From a virus, in the IMG/VR virus record IMGVR_UViG_3300045988_132779, positions 1 to 42,879 of that record: DNA of 42,879 nucleotides, one strand, 5' to 3'. Under the pieces are notes generated by a model that had not been told where the DNA came from, searched no databases, and saw only the letters and a program-made list of their open reading frames with translations. Each line of letters begins with the position of its first letter. Position 1 is the first letter of the stretch. Of the stretch, positions 1 through 6,812 are shown in pieces. The translations under genes were made by a program, and so were the position numbers.

Positions 1-88
1 CCTTTTTGTCTTTGCCGAACCCGCCTTCGATACCGGTGAATTCAATGCGGCCGATATGCTCACGGCCAATTACTTTTAATTCGTTCAT
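1..88 (-). CDS. Duplicated 5' fragment of the antirepressor gene (artefact of the terminal overlap)
   Basis: The reverse strand encodes MNELKVIGREHIGRIEFTGIEGGFGKDKK, the same as the N-terminus of 42014..42826. GGAGG lies 7 nt upstream of the ATG. Confidence 0.7.
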   Translation of the reverse strand, partial: MNELKVIGREHIGRIEFTGIEGGFGKDKK

Positions 89-105
89 CACTATGCCTCC
101 TTGTA

Positions 106-122
106 AATCTCATCGCGAGATA
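106..122. promoter_or_regulatory. Operator-like palindrome O3 (AATCTCATCGCGAGATA) between the cro stop and the antirepressor RBS
   Basis: Shares the consensus wwTCTCAynnyGAGATA with the sites at 393..409 and 427..443. Confidence 0.55.
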
Positions 123-362
123 TTAGTCTTCAAAAAAAAGAGCTCCAACAGGAATTTCCATCGCTCTGGCAATGATTAACATTTCATAATCATTAAATGG
201 ATACACTCCTTTTTCTTTTAGCTCATATTGCCTACGGCTAAGGCCAACCATTGCGCCAACATATGATGTTGTCCAACGGCGCCGATTGCGCTCTCCACGC
301 AGTTTGTCTTTAGGTTTTAGAAATTCTACACGTAAGTCCTGTTTAGTTGCTCCAGCTAGCAT
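123..362 (-). CDS. Cro-like XRE-family HTH regulator (79 aa)
   Basis: HTH_3-like segment TSYVGAMVGLSRRQYELKEKG. Divergent from the cI-like gene. RBS GAGGTG lies 7 nt before the ATG. Confidence 0.75.
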   Translation of the reverse strand: MLAGATKQDLRVEFLKPKDKLRGERNRRRWTTSYVGAMVGLSRRQYELKEKGVYPFNDYEMLIIARAMEIPVGALFFED

Positions 363-390
363 TTGATGTCACCTCGCTTTCAACATCATT

Positions 391-419
391 AGTATCTCAC
401 GTTGAGATATAGAATGCAA
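391..419 (-). promoter_or_regulatory. Putative early lytic promoter (TTGCAT-17-GATACT) for cro
   Basis: On the minus strand, -35 TTGCAT is at 419..414 and -10 GATACT at 396..391, with a 17-nt spacer that contains operator O1. Confidence 0.45.
393..409. promoter_or_regulatory. Operator O1, perfect palindrome TATCTCA-CGT-TGAGATA
   Basis: 7-bp perfect inverted repeat inside the cI/cro divergent region. Confidence 0.65.
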
Positions 420-426
420 CAACAAA

Positions 427-443
427 TTTCTCATTGTGAGATA
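427..443. promoter_or_regulatory. Operator O2 (TTTCTCATTGTGAGATA)
   Basis: Imperfect copy of O1, immediately upstream of the cI -35 element. Confidence 0.55.
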
Positions 444-449
444 TTTTTC

Positions 450-477
450 TTGAATATACCCGCGTATGTGATATTAT
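450..477 (+). promoter_or_regulatory. Putative cI maintenance promoter (TTGAAT-16-TATTAT)
   Basis: Sigma-A-like hexamers located 23 nt upstream of the cI RBS. Confidence 0.45.
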
Positions 478-499
478 TAACACATAAGAGGTGGACAAA

Positions 500-1333
500 A
501 TGCCAAACAAATCTGCAAATATTCTGGGCCCCGTAATTAAGGAACTAAGGAAGCAAAAGAAAATGACTCAGGCTGACCTTAGCAGAATTACCGGCATCGC
601 CCAAAACACTATTTCAAATCACGAAAATCAGAATAGAGCGCTTGATGAAAATTCCATTATTAAATACGCCAAGGCGCTGGGGGTAACTCCCCAAGCTCTA
701 TATGATGCAGCTATTGTTAAGAAATCAATTGACACTAAATCAATGGTGATCGATGTACGACAAACCGCAATTGACGAAATTAACGATGTTGTTAAAGAAC
801 TAGTAACGCCTCGCGTGCAAAAAGTTGCTTCATATGCCGAAAAGCAGCTCAATGAGCAGCAGAACCCCGATAACGTTGTCAGCTTAGATGAAGCGCGTGT
901 AGAACGTAATCTTGATGAGCCAGCGTTCAATGTTGAGGTTGATGGTATTGTGGCCGCTGGATATGGCGCCTTTAATGATGATCGCTATGAACCAATGGAC
1001 ACAGTTAAGATTCCAGACAGTGCCATTCCGTCTCACTACGATTACTGCTTTAAAGTTGTCGGTGACAGTATGTCTCCCTACTACGAGGATGGCGAATTTG
1101 TCTTTGTTCAGAAAACACAAGATGTTACTAACGGTATGATCGCTGTAGTTGATATTGATGACATGACATTCATTAAAAAGCTGATATTCGAACAAGATCG
1201 TTTGTGTCTTCGTTCATTGAATGATGATGTGGACGAAAAAACGGGTGAACGTATCTACCCAGACTTCTATGCTGATGAAACTGATACCATTGATGTTATC
1301 GGTAAGGTCGTTGGATCATATGCATTTAAATAA
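500..1333 (+). CDS. CI-like repressor: N-terminal XRE HTH plus C-terminal LexA/S24 autopeptidase domain
   Basis: HTH segment MTQADLSRITGIAQNTISNHEN. LexA-like cleavage motif VAAG, Ser motif GDSMSP, Lys in FIKKL. The ATG at 500 is preferred (GAGGTG 6 nt upstream) over the GTG at 491. Confidence 0.9.
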   Translation: MPNKSANILGPVIKELRKQKKMTQADLSRITGIAQNTISNHENQNRALDENSIIKYAKALGVTPQALYDAAIVKKSIDTKSMVIDVRQTAIDEINDVVKELVTPRVQKVASYAEKQLNEQQNPDNVVSLDEARVERNLDEPAFNVEVDGIVAAGYGAFNDDRYEPMDTVKIPDSAIPSHYDYCFKVVGDSMSPYYEDGEFVFVQKTQDVTNGMIAVVDIDDMTFIKKLIFEQDRLCLRSLNDDVDEKTGERIYPDFYADETDTIDVIGKVVGSYAFK

Positions 1334-1395
1334 ATAGCTAACCTACGTCCAAGCCCTGATCGACGTTAAAAGCTGGATTTTTATGGAGGGGAATA

Positions 1396-2073
1396 ATGAA
1401 ACTACTTGTCTTAATTGCCTTTTTGGGATCGCTCCTATTGGCTGCAATATTTGGCACATTGTCTATAGTTCAAAGAAAGGATCCGAGAAAACTAAAGCGG
1501 AACCTTATTATTACCGCATTGTCGGCGGTAGCATTTATTGCAATCTTTTTTTGGATTGGCACCTACTCGGGAGAAAGCAAGAGGTCAGCTGCGTCTAGTT
1601 CGTCTTCAAAAGCTGAATCGTCAAAGGTCGAGTCGTCACAAGATGATGATGACAGTTACGAAGACACTGATAGCGATGACTCTGATGATGAAGAATCATC
1701 AAGCACAGAAACATTCAACGCTGCTGACTACAACACTGGGATCACTTATGAACAGTTGGCACGGACTCCGGACGACTACAAGGGTAAGAACATCACTTTA
1801 ACAGGCGAAGTTATTCAAGTCGTTGAGGGTGACGATGAAACTGATTTGCGTGTTGCAGTTGATGGTAATTATGACAATGTAATTATGGTCGGTTATGATC
1901 CAGATATTATGAACGGCTCTCGCATTCTAGAAAATGACAAGATCACCTTCTATGCTGAAAGCTTGGGTACCACCACTTACAAATCTACCATAGGTGGCAA
2001 AATCACAGTTCCATTGGCTTTGGCCAAGAAGATAGATGACGCCGGAACCGCTCCCGACGACTATGGTGATTAG
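1396..2073 (+). CDS. Membrane-anchored protein (2 N-terminal TM helices, S/D/E-rich linker, ~120-aa C-terminal globular domain); candidate superinfection-exclusion or lysogenic-conversion protein
   Basis: Hydrophobic segments LLVLIAFLGSLLLAAIFGTL and IITALSAVAFIAIFFWIGTY. Acidic low-complexity linker. RBS GGAGG 6 nt upstream. Sits between cI and int. Confidence 0.7.
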   Translation: MKLLVLIAFLGSLLLAAIFGTLSIVQRKDPRKLKRNLIITALSAVAFIAIFFWIGTYSGESKRSAASSSSSKAESSKVESSQDDDDSYEDTDSDDSDDEESSSTETFNAADYNTGITYEQLARTPDDYKGKNITLTGEVIQVVEGDDETDLRVAVDGNYDNVIMVGYDPDIMNGSRILENDKITFYAESLGTTTYKSTIGGKITVPLALAKKIDDAGTAPDDYGD

Positions 2074-2157
2074 TCCCTTCCCCCACGCAAGCGGCGTCTC
2101 CGTGCAAGCCGGAGAGTGGGGCTTGTATCGCATACCAAATAAAGGATGTGAGTCATC

Positions 2158-2265
2158 ATGCTAAAAAAGATAGTTGCCATCTTACTCATTGTTTTGTTGG
2201 CTGGCGCAACAACCGCTTGCGCTAGTGACCAAGACGATGATCAAAATGTCGATCAGTTTAACTGA
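2158..2265 (+). CDS. 35-aa putative mini-lipoprotein (MLKKIVAILLIVLLAGATTAC/ASDQDDDQNVDQFN)
   Basis: Not in the ORF track (<60 aa). Has a K-rich n-region, a hydrophobic core and a lipobox-like TTAC. Intergenic position in the lysogeny arm. Confidence 0.45.
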   Translation: MLKKIVAILLIVLLAGATTACASDQDDDQNVDQFN

Positions 2266-2313
2266 GCGTTGGCGGGATACAAAAGCTTGGTATTTAAGAT
2301 AGGAGACAGCAAA

Positions 2314-2694
2314 ATGGATCGGCCAATAATTAATGCCATCTACTTCACGGAGAAAGACAAATCCAAACCGATGATGGTGCTCCCGTTAGATAGCACTAAA
2401 CTTCACATCGATATTCACGTTCAAGTCATTAATTTCACTTTAGATAAGCATACGTTAACTTTGTCCGTAAGCGATCAGAACGGAAACGTTATGCTCGAAG
2501 CTAGCCAGCAACCCATGGACGCCTCTTCATTGAAGGCAAGAGGAACATATGGCATTGTTGATGCAACTCTTTTCGTTGTATTTGACAAATTAGAGCTTAA
2601 GGGAGTGAATCGGCTAAGGTTTGATATATCCTTCGATAATGATGCTAAGGCTACTGCATATCTGTTTGTTTCACGAGGTGACAAGAATGATTGA
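2314..2694 (+). CDS. Hypothetical 126-aa protein (lysogeny-arm moron)
   Basis: ATG at 2314 is preceded by AGGAGA 7 nt upstream. No TM helix or signal peptide. No motif recognised. Confidence 0.6.
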   Translation: MDRPIINAIYFTEKDKSKPMMVLPLDSTKLHIDIHVQVINFTLDKHTLTLSVSDQNGNVMLEASQQPMDASSLKARGTYGIVDATLFVVFDKLELKGVNRLRFDISFDNDAKATAYLFVSRGDKND

Positions 2695-2839
2695 TGCCGG
2701 GATTAGCAAAGTTATCTTTAGAACTGATACAGAGATAAAACGATCCTCTTCTATAAGGGCATTCATCAAGGGATATAGGATTACTACGGCAACGGGTAAA
2801 AGCAAAACAGAGTATAATAAAACCAAGGAGGCGGATAAC

Positions 2840-3097
2840 ATGACAAATGAAAATACCGTGACTCAAGATCAATTAAAGTTTGCAGAGCAAGACGCTAATC
2901 ACAAGCTTGATATTATCAACATAAAGATTGACGCACTAACAAAATCGGTTAATGCAATTTCAATCAAAGCTGACGGACTCGATGAACTAAAAACTACTAC
3001 TGCTGTTTTATCTGAAAAAGAGTCGACAACACGGGCTTTGGCATGGGCCATTGTTGTTGCCATTGTTGGAGGCCTCATTAAGCTGATTCTTTTTTAG
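2840..3097 (+). CDS. 85-aa coiled-coil protein with a C-terminal TM anchor (XhlA-like architecture)
   Basis: GGAGG lies 8 nt before the ATG. C-terminal segment ALAWAIVVAIVGGLIKLILF is hydrophobic. TATAAT at 2813..2818 upstream and a terminator downstream. Confidence 0.65.
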   Translation: MTNENTVTQDQLKFAEQDANHKLDIINIKIDALTKSVNAISIKADGLDELKTTTAVLSEKESTTRALAWAIVVAIVGGLIKLILF

Positions 3098-3117
3098 TCA
3101 AGGCAAGGTTCATTTCA

Positions 3118-3145
3118 GGCTCACAGCAACGTGGGCTTTTGTTTT
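3118..3145 (+). terminator. Rho-independent terminator
   Basis: GGCUCAC-AGCAAC-GUGGGCU hairpin (one G.U pair) followed by UUUUGUUUU. Confidence 0.65.
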
Positions 3146-3194
3146 CTCTAACTTATTTTTTCACAACTCATTCTCCTTATAGGAGGTATCATCT

Positions 3195-3458
3195 ATGAAA
3201 ACAATTACAGTAATCTCTTATAAGTTTGGCGAAAAAAGCTGGAAAAACTTCGAAGGAGAACCTATCAAAAAATATGAGCACTCAGTTCTCCTAGACATTT
3301 CAAACACCGAAGTCTTCAGTGATAAAGAAAAAGCAGAACTAAATTACAAGATCGTTGTCCCCTTTTCTAGAATTAGAGAGAAACGATTCATCAAAGATAT
3401 TCCACTCAGTAACGTAAACGAGGCGCTTAACAAGAAAAAAGCAAGTAGGAGAAAGTAA
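3195..3458 (+). CDS. Hypothetical 87-aa protein with a basic C-terminus
   Basis: GGAGG RBS (taggaggtatcatctATG). No recognisable motif. Confidence 0.6.
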   Translation: MKTITVISYKFGEKSWKNFEGEPIKKYEHSVLLDISNTEVFSDKEKAELNYKIVVPFSRIREKRFIKDIPLSNVNEALNKKKASRRK

Positions 3459-3565
3459 CGACAAAAAGCGCCTACCCAAGCGAATGGGTAGACGCCTAAC
3501 AGAACGTGACTGCATGGTTAGGTGCAATAGCACCCGTCTGTATTGTAGCACAAGGAGGTGTAAAT

Positions 3566-4693
3566 GTGGCCAGTATTAGTAAGCGTGGCAAAAAATGGCA
3601 ATATCGTGTCTCTTACAAGGATAATGATGGAACACGCAAGTATGTCAACAAGGGTGGCTTCCCCTCAAAAAAGGCTGCTGATATAGCGGCAATCGAAGTC
3701 GAACGTCAGCATAATCGCGGTGCAAATTTGGATCTTAACAAGATAACGTTAATCGACTACTGGGACAAATGGATTGAGCTGTACAAATCTGGTAAGCATT
3801 CTCGTATCACCGAAGCCCGGTATAAAACAATTCGTAAACAGTTATTAGCCTACTGGGGCGAAAGCCGTGAACTAAAATCAATTTCAAAATCAGACTGGCA
3901 GGCATTTATCAATGAGTTTGGCAAAAAAAGGGCTAAAGATACAGTCAGCAAATTGAATGGCTATGTTCGCTCAATGGCTGATTCTGCCGTAGATGACCAA
4001 ATAATATATACTAACTTCACTCATAACGTTGTCCTCACTGGTAATGAGGGCCAAGCAGGAATCATCAAATATTTGCAAGTAAAGGATTTGCGCAAGCTCG
4101 TCAATTACTGCCTAGAATTTGCAGACTACGAGCATATTGCTTACTACATCATCGCAACCGGGGCACTGACCGGAGCTAGGTATTCTGAAGTTCTTGGGCT
4201 CACGTGGGATCATGTTGATCTTAAAAAGCGCGTTGTACACATTACCAGAACGTGGGATCACAGATATGGGAGCGGCTTTGCTGCTACTAAGAACAAATCA
4301 AGTGTACGTGACATCGACATCACGAGAGAACTTGCAGACTTGCTTTTACGTCTCAAGAAAGAACAGCAAGAGGTCTACCTTGCTCAGGGATATCGTGATA
4401 GCAAACAACTATTATTTCGCAGCATACGGCATAACATGCTATCAAGCACGGCAATTAATAAGGATCTAAGGACGATTCAGAAGACTCTCGACATTTCCCC
4501 CGCGATTACTTTCCATGGGCTTAGACACACTCACGTTTCCTATTTGATTGCCAATCACGTTGACATTAACTATATTTCAAAAAGACTTGGGCATGCCAAT
4601 ACAATGATCACTCAAAAAGTCTACGCTCATCTTCTTGAAGATCAAAGAAAAGAGCAGGTATCCCAGACGCTACAAGCACTTTCTAGACTTTAG
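3566..4693 (+). CDS. int: Tyrosine recombinase / phage integrase
   Basis: Catalytic motifs TGARYSEVLGLTW (Arg), HGLRHTH (H-x-x-R) and LGHANTMITQKVYAHL (Tyr). GTG start at 3566 with AAGGAGG 7 nt upstream; the longer track ORF has no RBS. Confidence 0.92.
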   Translation: MASISKRGKKWQYRVSYKDNDGTRKYVNKGGFPSKKAADIAAIEVERQHNRGANLDLNKITLIDYWDKWIELYKSGKHSRITEARYKTIRKQLLAYWGESRELKSISKSDWQAFINEFGKKRAKDTVSKLNGYVRSMADSAVDDQIIYTNFTHNVVLTGNEGQAGIIKYLQVKDLRKLVNYCLEFADYEHIAYYIIATGALTGARYSEVLGLTWDHVDLKKRVVHITRTWDHRYGSGFAATKNKSSVRDIDITRELADLLLRLKKEQQEVYLAQGYRDSKQLLFRSIRHNMLSSTAINKDLRTIQKTLDISPAITFHGLRHTHVSYLIANHVDINYISKRLGHANTMITQKVYAHLLEDQRKEQVSQTLQALSRL

Positions 4694-4890
4694 CTTGTGC
4701 ACATTTTGTGCACCGGAGGAAAAAAACAACCGAAAATAAAAGGAAACAAAAATCCCGAAATGCCTTTATACAAGCATTTCGGGAAGCTATGGAAAGCAAC
4801 TAGAGACAATAAAACGGAGAGTAAGTGCGAAAATAAACGTATATACAATAGTATTAAACCACATTTTGTGCATATTTTGTGCACAAAAAT
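4694..4890. other. Probable attP region with integrase arm-type repeats
   Basis: Convergent intergenic region next to int. (A)TTTTGTGCA(C) occurs as direct repeats at 4695..4702, 4703..4713, 4863..4872 and 4874..4884, flanking ~150 bp. The core position is not determinable without the host attB. Confidence 0.55.
4754..4783 (-). terminator. Rho-independent terminator (minus orientation)
   Basis: Perfect 10-bp stem CCCGAAATGC/GCATTTCGGG with a 10-nt loop. On the minus strand it is followed by AUUUUUGUUUCCUUUU. Confidence 0.65.
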
Positions 4891-4920
4891 AAGCCTCCCG
4901 CCATTGCTGGTAGGAGGCTT
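4882..4920 (-). terminator. Rho-independent terminator of the protease operon
   Basis: 8-bp stem AAGCCTCC/GGAGGCTT. On the minus strand it is followed by AUUUUUGUG. Confidence 0.65.
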
Positions 4921-4938
4921 ACTAATAACACATATAGC

Positions 4939-5085
4939 CTAATATTGAACGATACGGACAACACATTCTTGTGCCGAACCTTGGTTTGTGGGTTCAGCGT
5001 TAGGTTGATTATATTGATTTAACTGTTCATTTGTTTTATTTACTTTATCGAAAAGGGCGTTGATTTGTTCTATTGTGTATGTCAT
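4939..5085 (-). CDS. Unannotated 48-aa Q/N-rich protein translationally coupled to the SDH protease gene
   Basis: MTYTIEQINALFDKVNKTNEQLNQYNQPNAEPTNQGSAQECVVRIVQY. Its ATG overlaps the protease stop (ATGA). GGAGGA lies 4 nt upstream. Below the 60-aa track cutoff. Confidence 0.55.
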   Translation of the reverse strand: MTYTIEQINALFDKVNKTNEQLNQYNQPNAEPTNQGSAQECVVRIVQY

Positions 5086-5990
5086 GGGTTCCTCCTACTT
5101 TGGTCACTGACAATATACGAAGATGATTTGCTTTCAATTAATTTTGAAACATTTGTCTGTTGCAAAGTAATCATAATGGAGTGGTGGAGACTCAAAACTG
5201 AATTTTGCAAGTTCTGATCGTCTTCGAGAGCATTAACTTTTAGACCGATTTCACGAGCCAAATCAATATTGAAGTGTCGAGCATGAGCCTTTGAACGAGT
5301 GTGTTCATTGAGCCTTTTCACTATAGCCTTTACCTTTTCATCTGAATGTGGGTCATCGGCGAACATAACAGACGAAAGCCAGCTTTCTATTAGCTCTCCC
5401 GATAATTGAACGGCATCTTGAGCGAACTTGACGTATGCGGCCGGATATTTTCCTAAAAGTAACGACCAATATTGAAGGTTGTTGGCGTTTTCTTGTAGAT
5501 CATGGTACGCTTCATCAAATTCAGAAATAATATTATAGGCAGGTAACCCCCCTATCTGAGGATCAACCGGTCCCAGGCTTGAATGCTTCCCCATCCAAAT
5601 CTTTTTAGAAGCACACGAAATCATAGTGCCTGCAGACATTGCCATGTGAGGCACGATAACCTCAATATTATCATAAAACATACTTCTAAGATATGAAACG
5701 ATTGATTCTGCAGCATTAGGATCTCCACCTGGTGTATGCAAAACTAAAGAAAGTCCCTTTTGGCGATCTAATCCATTGATGGAACTCATAAACCCTTCCA
5801 TGTCGCTATCATTGATATCAATCTGATTTTTTCGTCCTTGTTGCCAACCAGAGTAATAACAGATTATGGTTCTATTAGTTTGTTTTTCAAGGTCTTCGAG
5901 ATATTTATGCCTAAGAGAGTCTAATCGAGACGGATAAGACTTAAACTCATCGAAAATCGATGACCAACTACCACCGCCTTGATGCTGCAT
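5082..5990 (-). CDS. SDH-family (ClpP/SppA-fold) serine protease, 302 aa
   Basis: Motifs LVLHTPGGDPNAAESI, VPHMAMSAGTMI and LGPVDPQIGG are typical of the serine dehydrogenase proteinase family (PF01972-like). ATG at 5990 with GGGGGGA 7 nt upstream; the 35-aa upstream extension has no RBS. Confidence 0.75.
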   Translation of the reverse strand: MQHQGGGSWSSIFDEFKSYPSRLDSLRHKYLEDLEKQTNRTIICYYSGWQQGRKNQIDINDSDMEGFMSSINGLDRQKGLSLVLHTPGGDPNAAESIVSYLRSMFYDNIEVIVPHMAMSAGTMISCASKKIWMGKHSSLGPVDPQIGGLPAYNIISEFDEAYHDLQENANNLQYWSLLLGKYPAAYVKFAQDAVQLSGELIESWLSSVMFADDPHSDEKVKAIVKRLNEHTRSKAHARHFNIDLAREIGLKVNALEDDQNLQNSVLSLHHSIMITLQQTNVSKLIESKSSSYIVSDQSRRNP

Positions 5991-6180
5991 TGCTTCATCC
6001 CCCCATGTTAATCTATAAGCTTCATGTGATGTGTACGTTTTCCAATCAAATTTGTCATGCACCCATCGCCTACATATTACCAGTGGCAATAACAATATTC
6101 AATTAAAACTGATTAAAACAAGTTAAAACATATTTAAAAAGTAAAAAATTGCAGTGCATTCTTGACAATTAATTTACAAC

Positions 6181-6234
6181 AAAAAGCCCTCCACTTCACA
6201 CACCCGCATTAGCGAGCAGAGGGCCTTTTTGTTA
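6181..6234 (-). terminator. Compound hairpin terminator between yafQ and the protease operon (U-tracts on both strands)
   Basis: Outer stem GCCCTC/GAGGGC, flanked by A5 on one side and T5 on the other. The inner CUCGC/GCGGG stem pairs only on the minus-strand RNA. Confidence 0.5.
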
Positions 6235-6279
6235 CCTGATGTACAGGCTTTTTTGTGAGCGAAACATCACAGCAAATTG

Positions 6280-6564
6280 CTAAATACCAAGCAAGTTGTG
6301 ATGCCTTCCCACTGCAACGACAGTTAAAATCAATTCCTCACCGTCTATGCTGTAGATGACCAGCAAATTTGGACGCAAATGAAATTCTCTGTGATTAATC
6401 CAATTGCCGCTTAAGCTGTGATCGTGATAGCGCTTGGGCAGTTCTTTCCCAACACATAAAGAGTCTAGACACTTTTCCAAGCAATCCTTGTCTTCGCTGC
6501 TTAAATTTATCTTTTTGAGCTGCTTTTTGGCCGAATGCGTGTACTTCAACTTTAGCAAACTCAC
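6280..6564 (-). CDS. yafQ: Type II toxin, YafQ/RelE-family mRNA interferase
   Basis: LPKRYHDHSLSGNWINHREFHLRPNLLVIYSIDGEELILTVVAVGRHHNL matches the YafQ-family pattern (DH.L.G.w...RE.H..pd.LLiY). 4-nt overlap with the upstream antitoxin gene. Confidence 0.8.
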   Translation of the reverse strand: MSLLKLKYTHSAKKQLKKINLSSEDKDCLEKCLDSLCVGKELPKRYHDHSLSGNWINHREFHLRPNLLVIYSIDGEELILTVVAVGRHHNLLGI

Positions 6565-6812
6565 TTGAGCATATCCTCAAGCATATCGTGTGCATTGTCG
6601 AAGGACTTAGATACTCGTCCGTGTTTTTCGTCTTCGATCCCAGACTCTAGATCACCGGTAGGCGTGAATGGAAACTTTCCTTGTTTGTTAAATTCGACCA
6701 AAAACATGTTGATTGCAGTGGAGAGCGTGACTCCCATACTTTCCGCTATGTGTTTGGCTTGTCTCTTTGTGTCCGTGTTTGTCCGTACGTTAATAGTCGC
6801 TCCTTTATCCAT
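6561..6812 (-). CDS. dinJ: Type II antitoxin, RelB/DinJ family
   Basis: INVRTNTDTKRQAKHIAESMGVTLSTAINMFLVEFNKQGKFPF is a DinJ-like ribbon-helix-helix N-terminus. ATG at 6812 with GAGGTG 6 nt upstream. Confidence 0.8.
   Translation of the reverse strand: MDKGATINVRTNTDTKRQAKHIAESMGVTLSTAINMFLVEFNKQGKFPFTPTGDLESGIEDEKHGRVSKSFDNAHDMLEDMLK

Larger units (their letters stand above)
1..141. repeat. Terminal direct repeat, copy 1 (identical to 42739..42879); circular-assembly overlap
   Basis: The first 141 nt read identically to the last 141 nt. The repeat cuts inside the antirepressor ORF, so the record is a circularly permuted genome of ~42,738 bp. Confidence 0.9.

Noticed and set aside
1-141. 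Biological direct terminal repeat or LTR of a mobile element
   Set aside because: The repeat interrupts a coding gene. The packaging genes are cos-type, and the length is typical of an assembler overlap.
2621-2839. 158-aa ORF overlapping the end of 2314..2694
   Set aside because: The N-terminal 73 codons overlap the previous gene and lack an RBS. The internal ATG at 2840 has a GGAGG SD and a TATAAT upstream.
3506-3565. Longer integrase start (395 aa)
   Set aside because: The upstream ATG lacks an SD. The GTG at 3566 follows AAGGAGG by 7 nt and gives the usual MASISKRG... integrase N-terminus.
4690-4942. Track ORFs of 64 aa (-) and 81 aa (+) downstream of int
   Set aside because: They span terminator hairpins and the ATTTTGTGCA arm repeats (giving the repeated HILCT peptide) and have no RBS. 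The region is better explained as attP.
5991-6095. 35-aa N-terminal extension of the SDH protease ORF
   Set aside because: No SD precedes it, and it runs into the AT-rich promoter-like region. The ATG at 5990 has a G-rich SD at the proper spacing.
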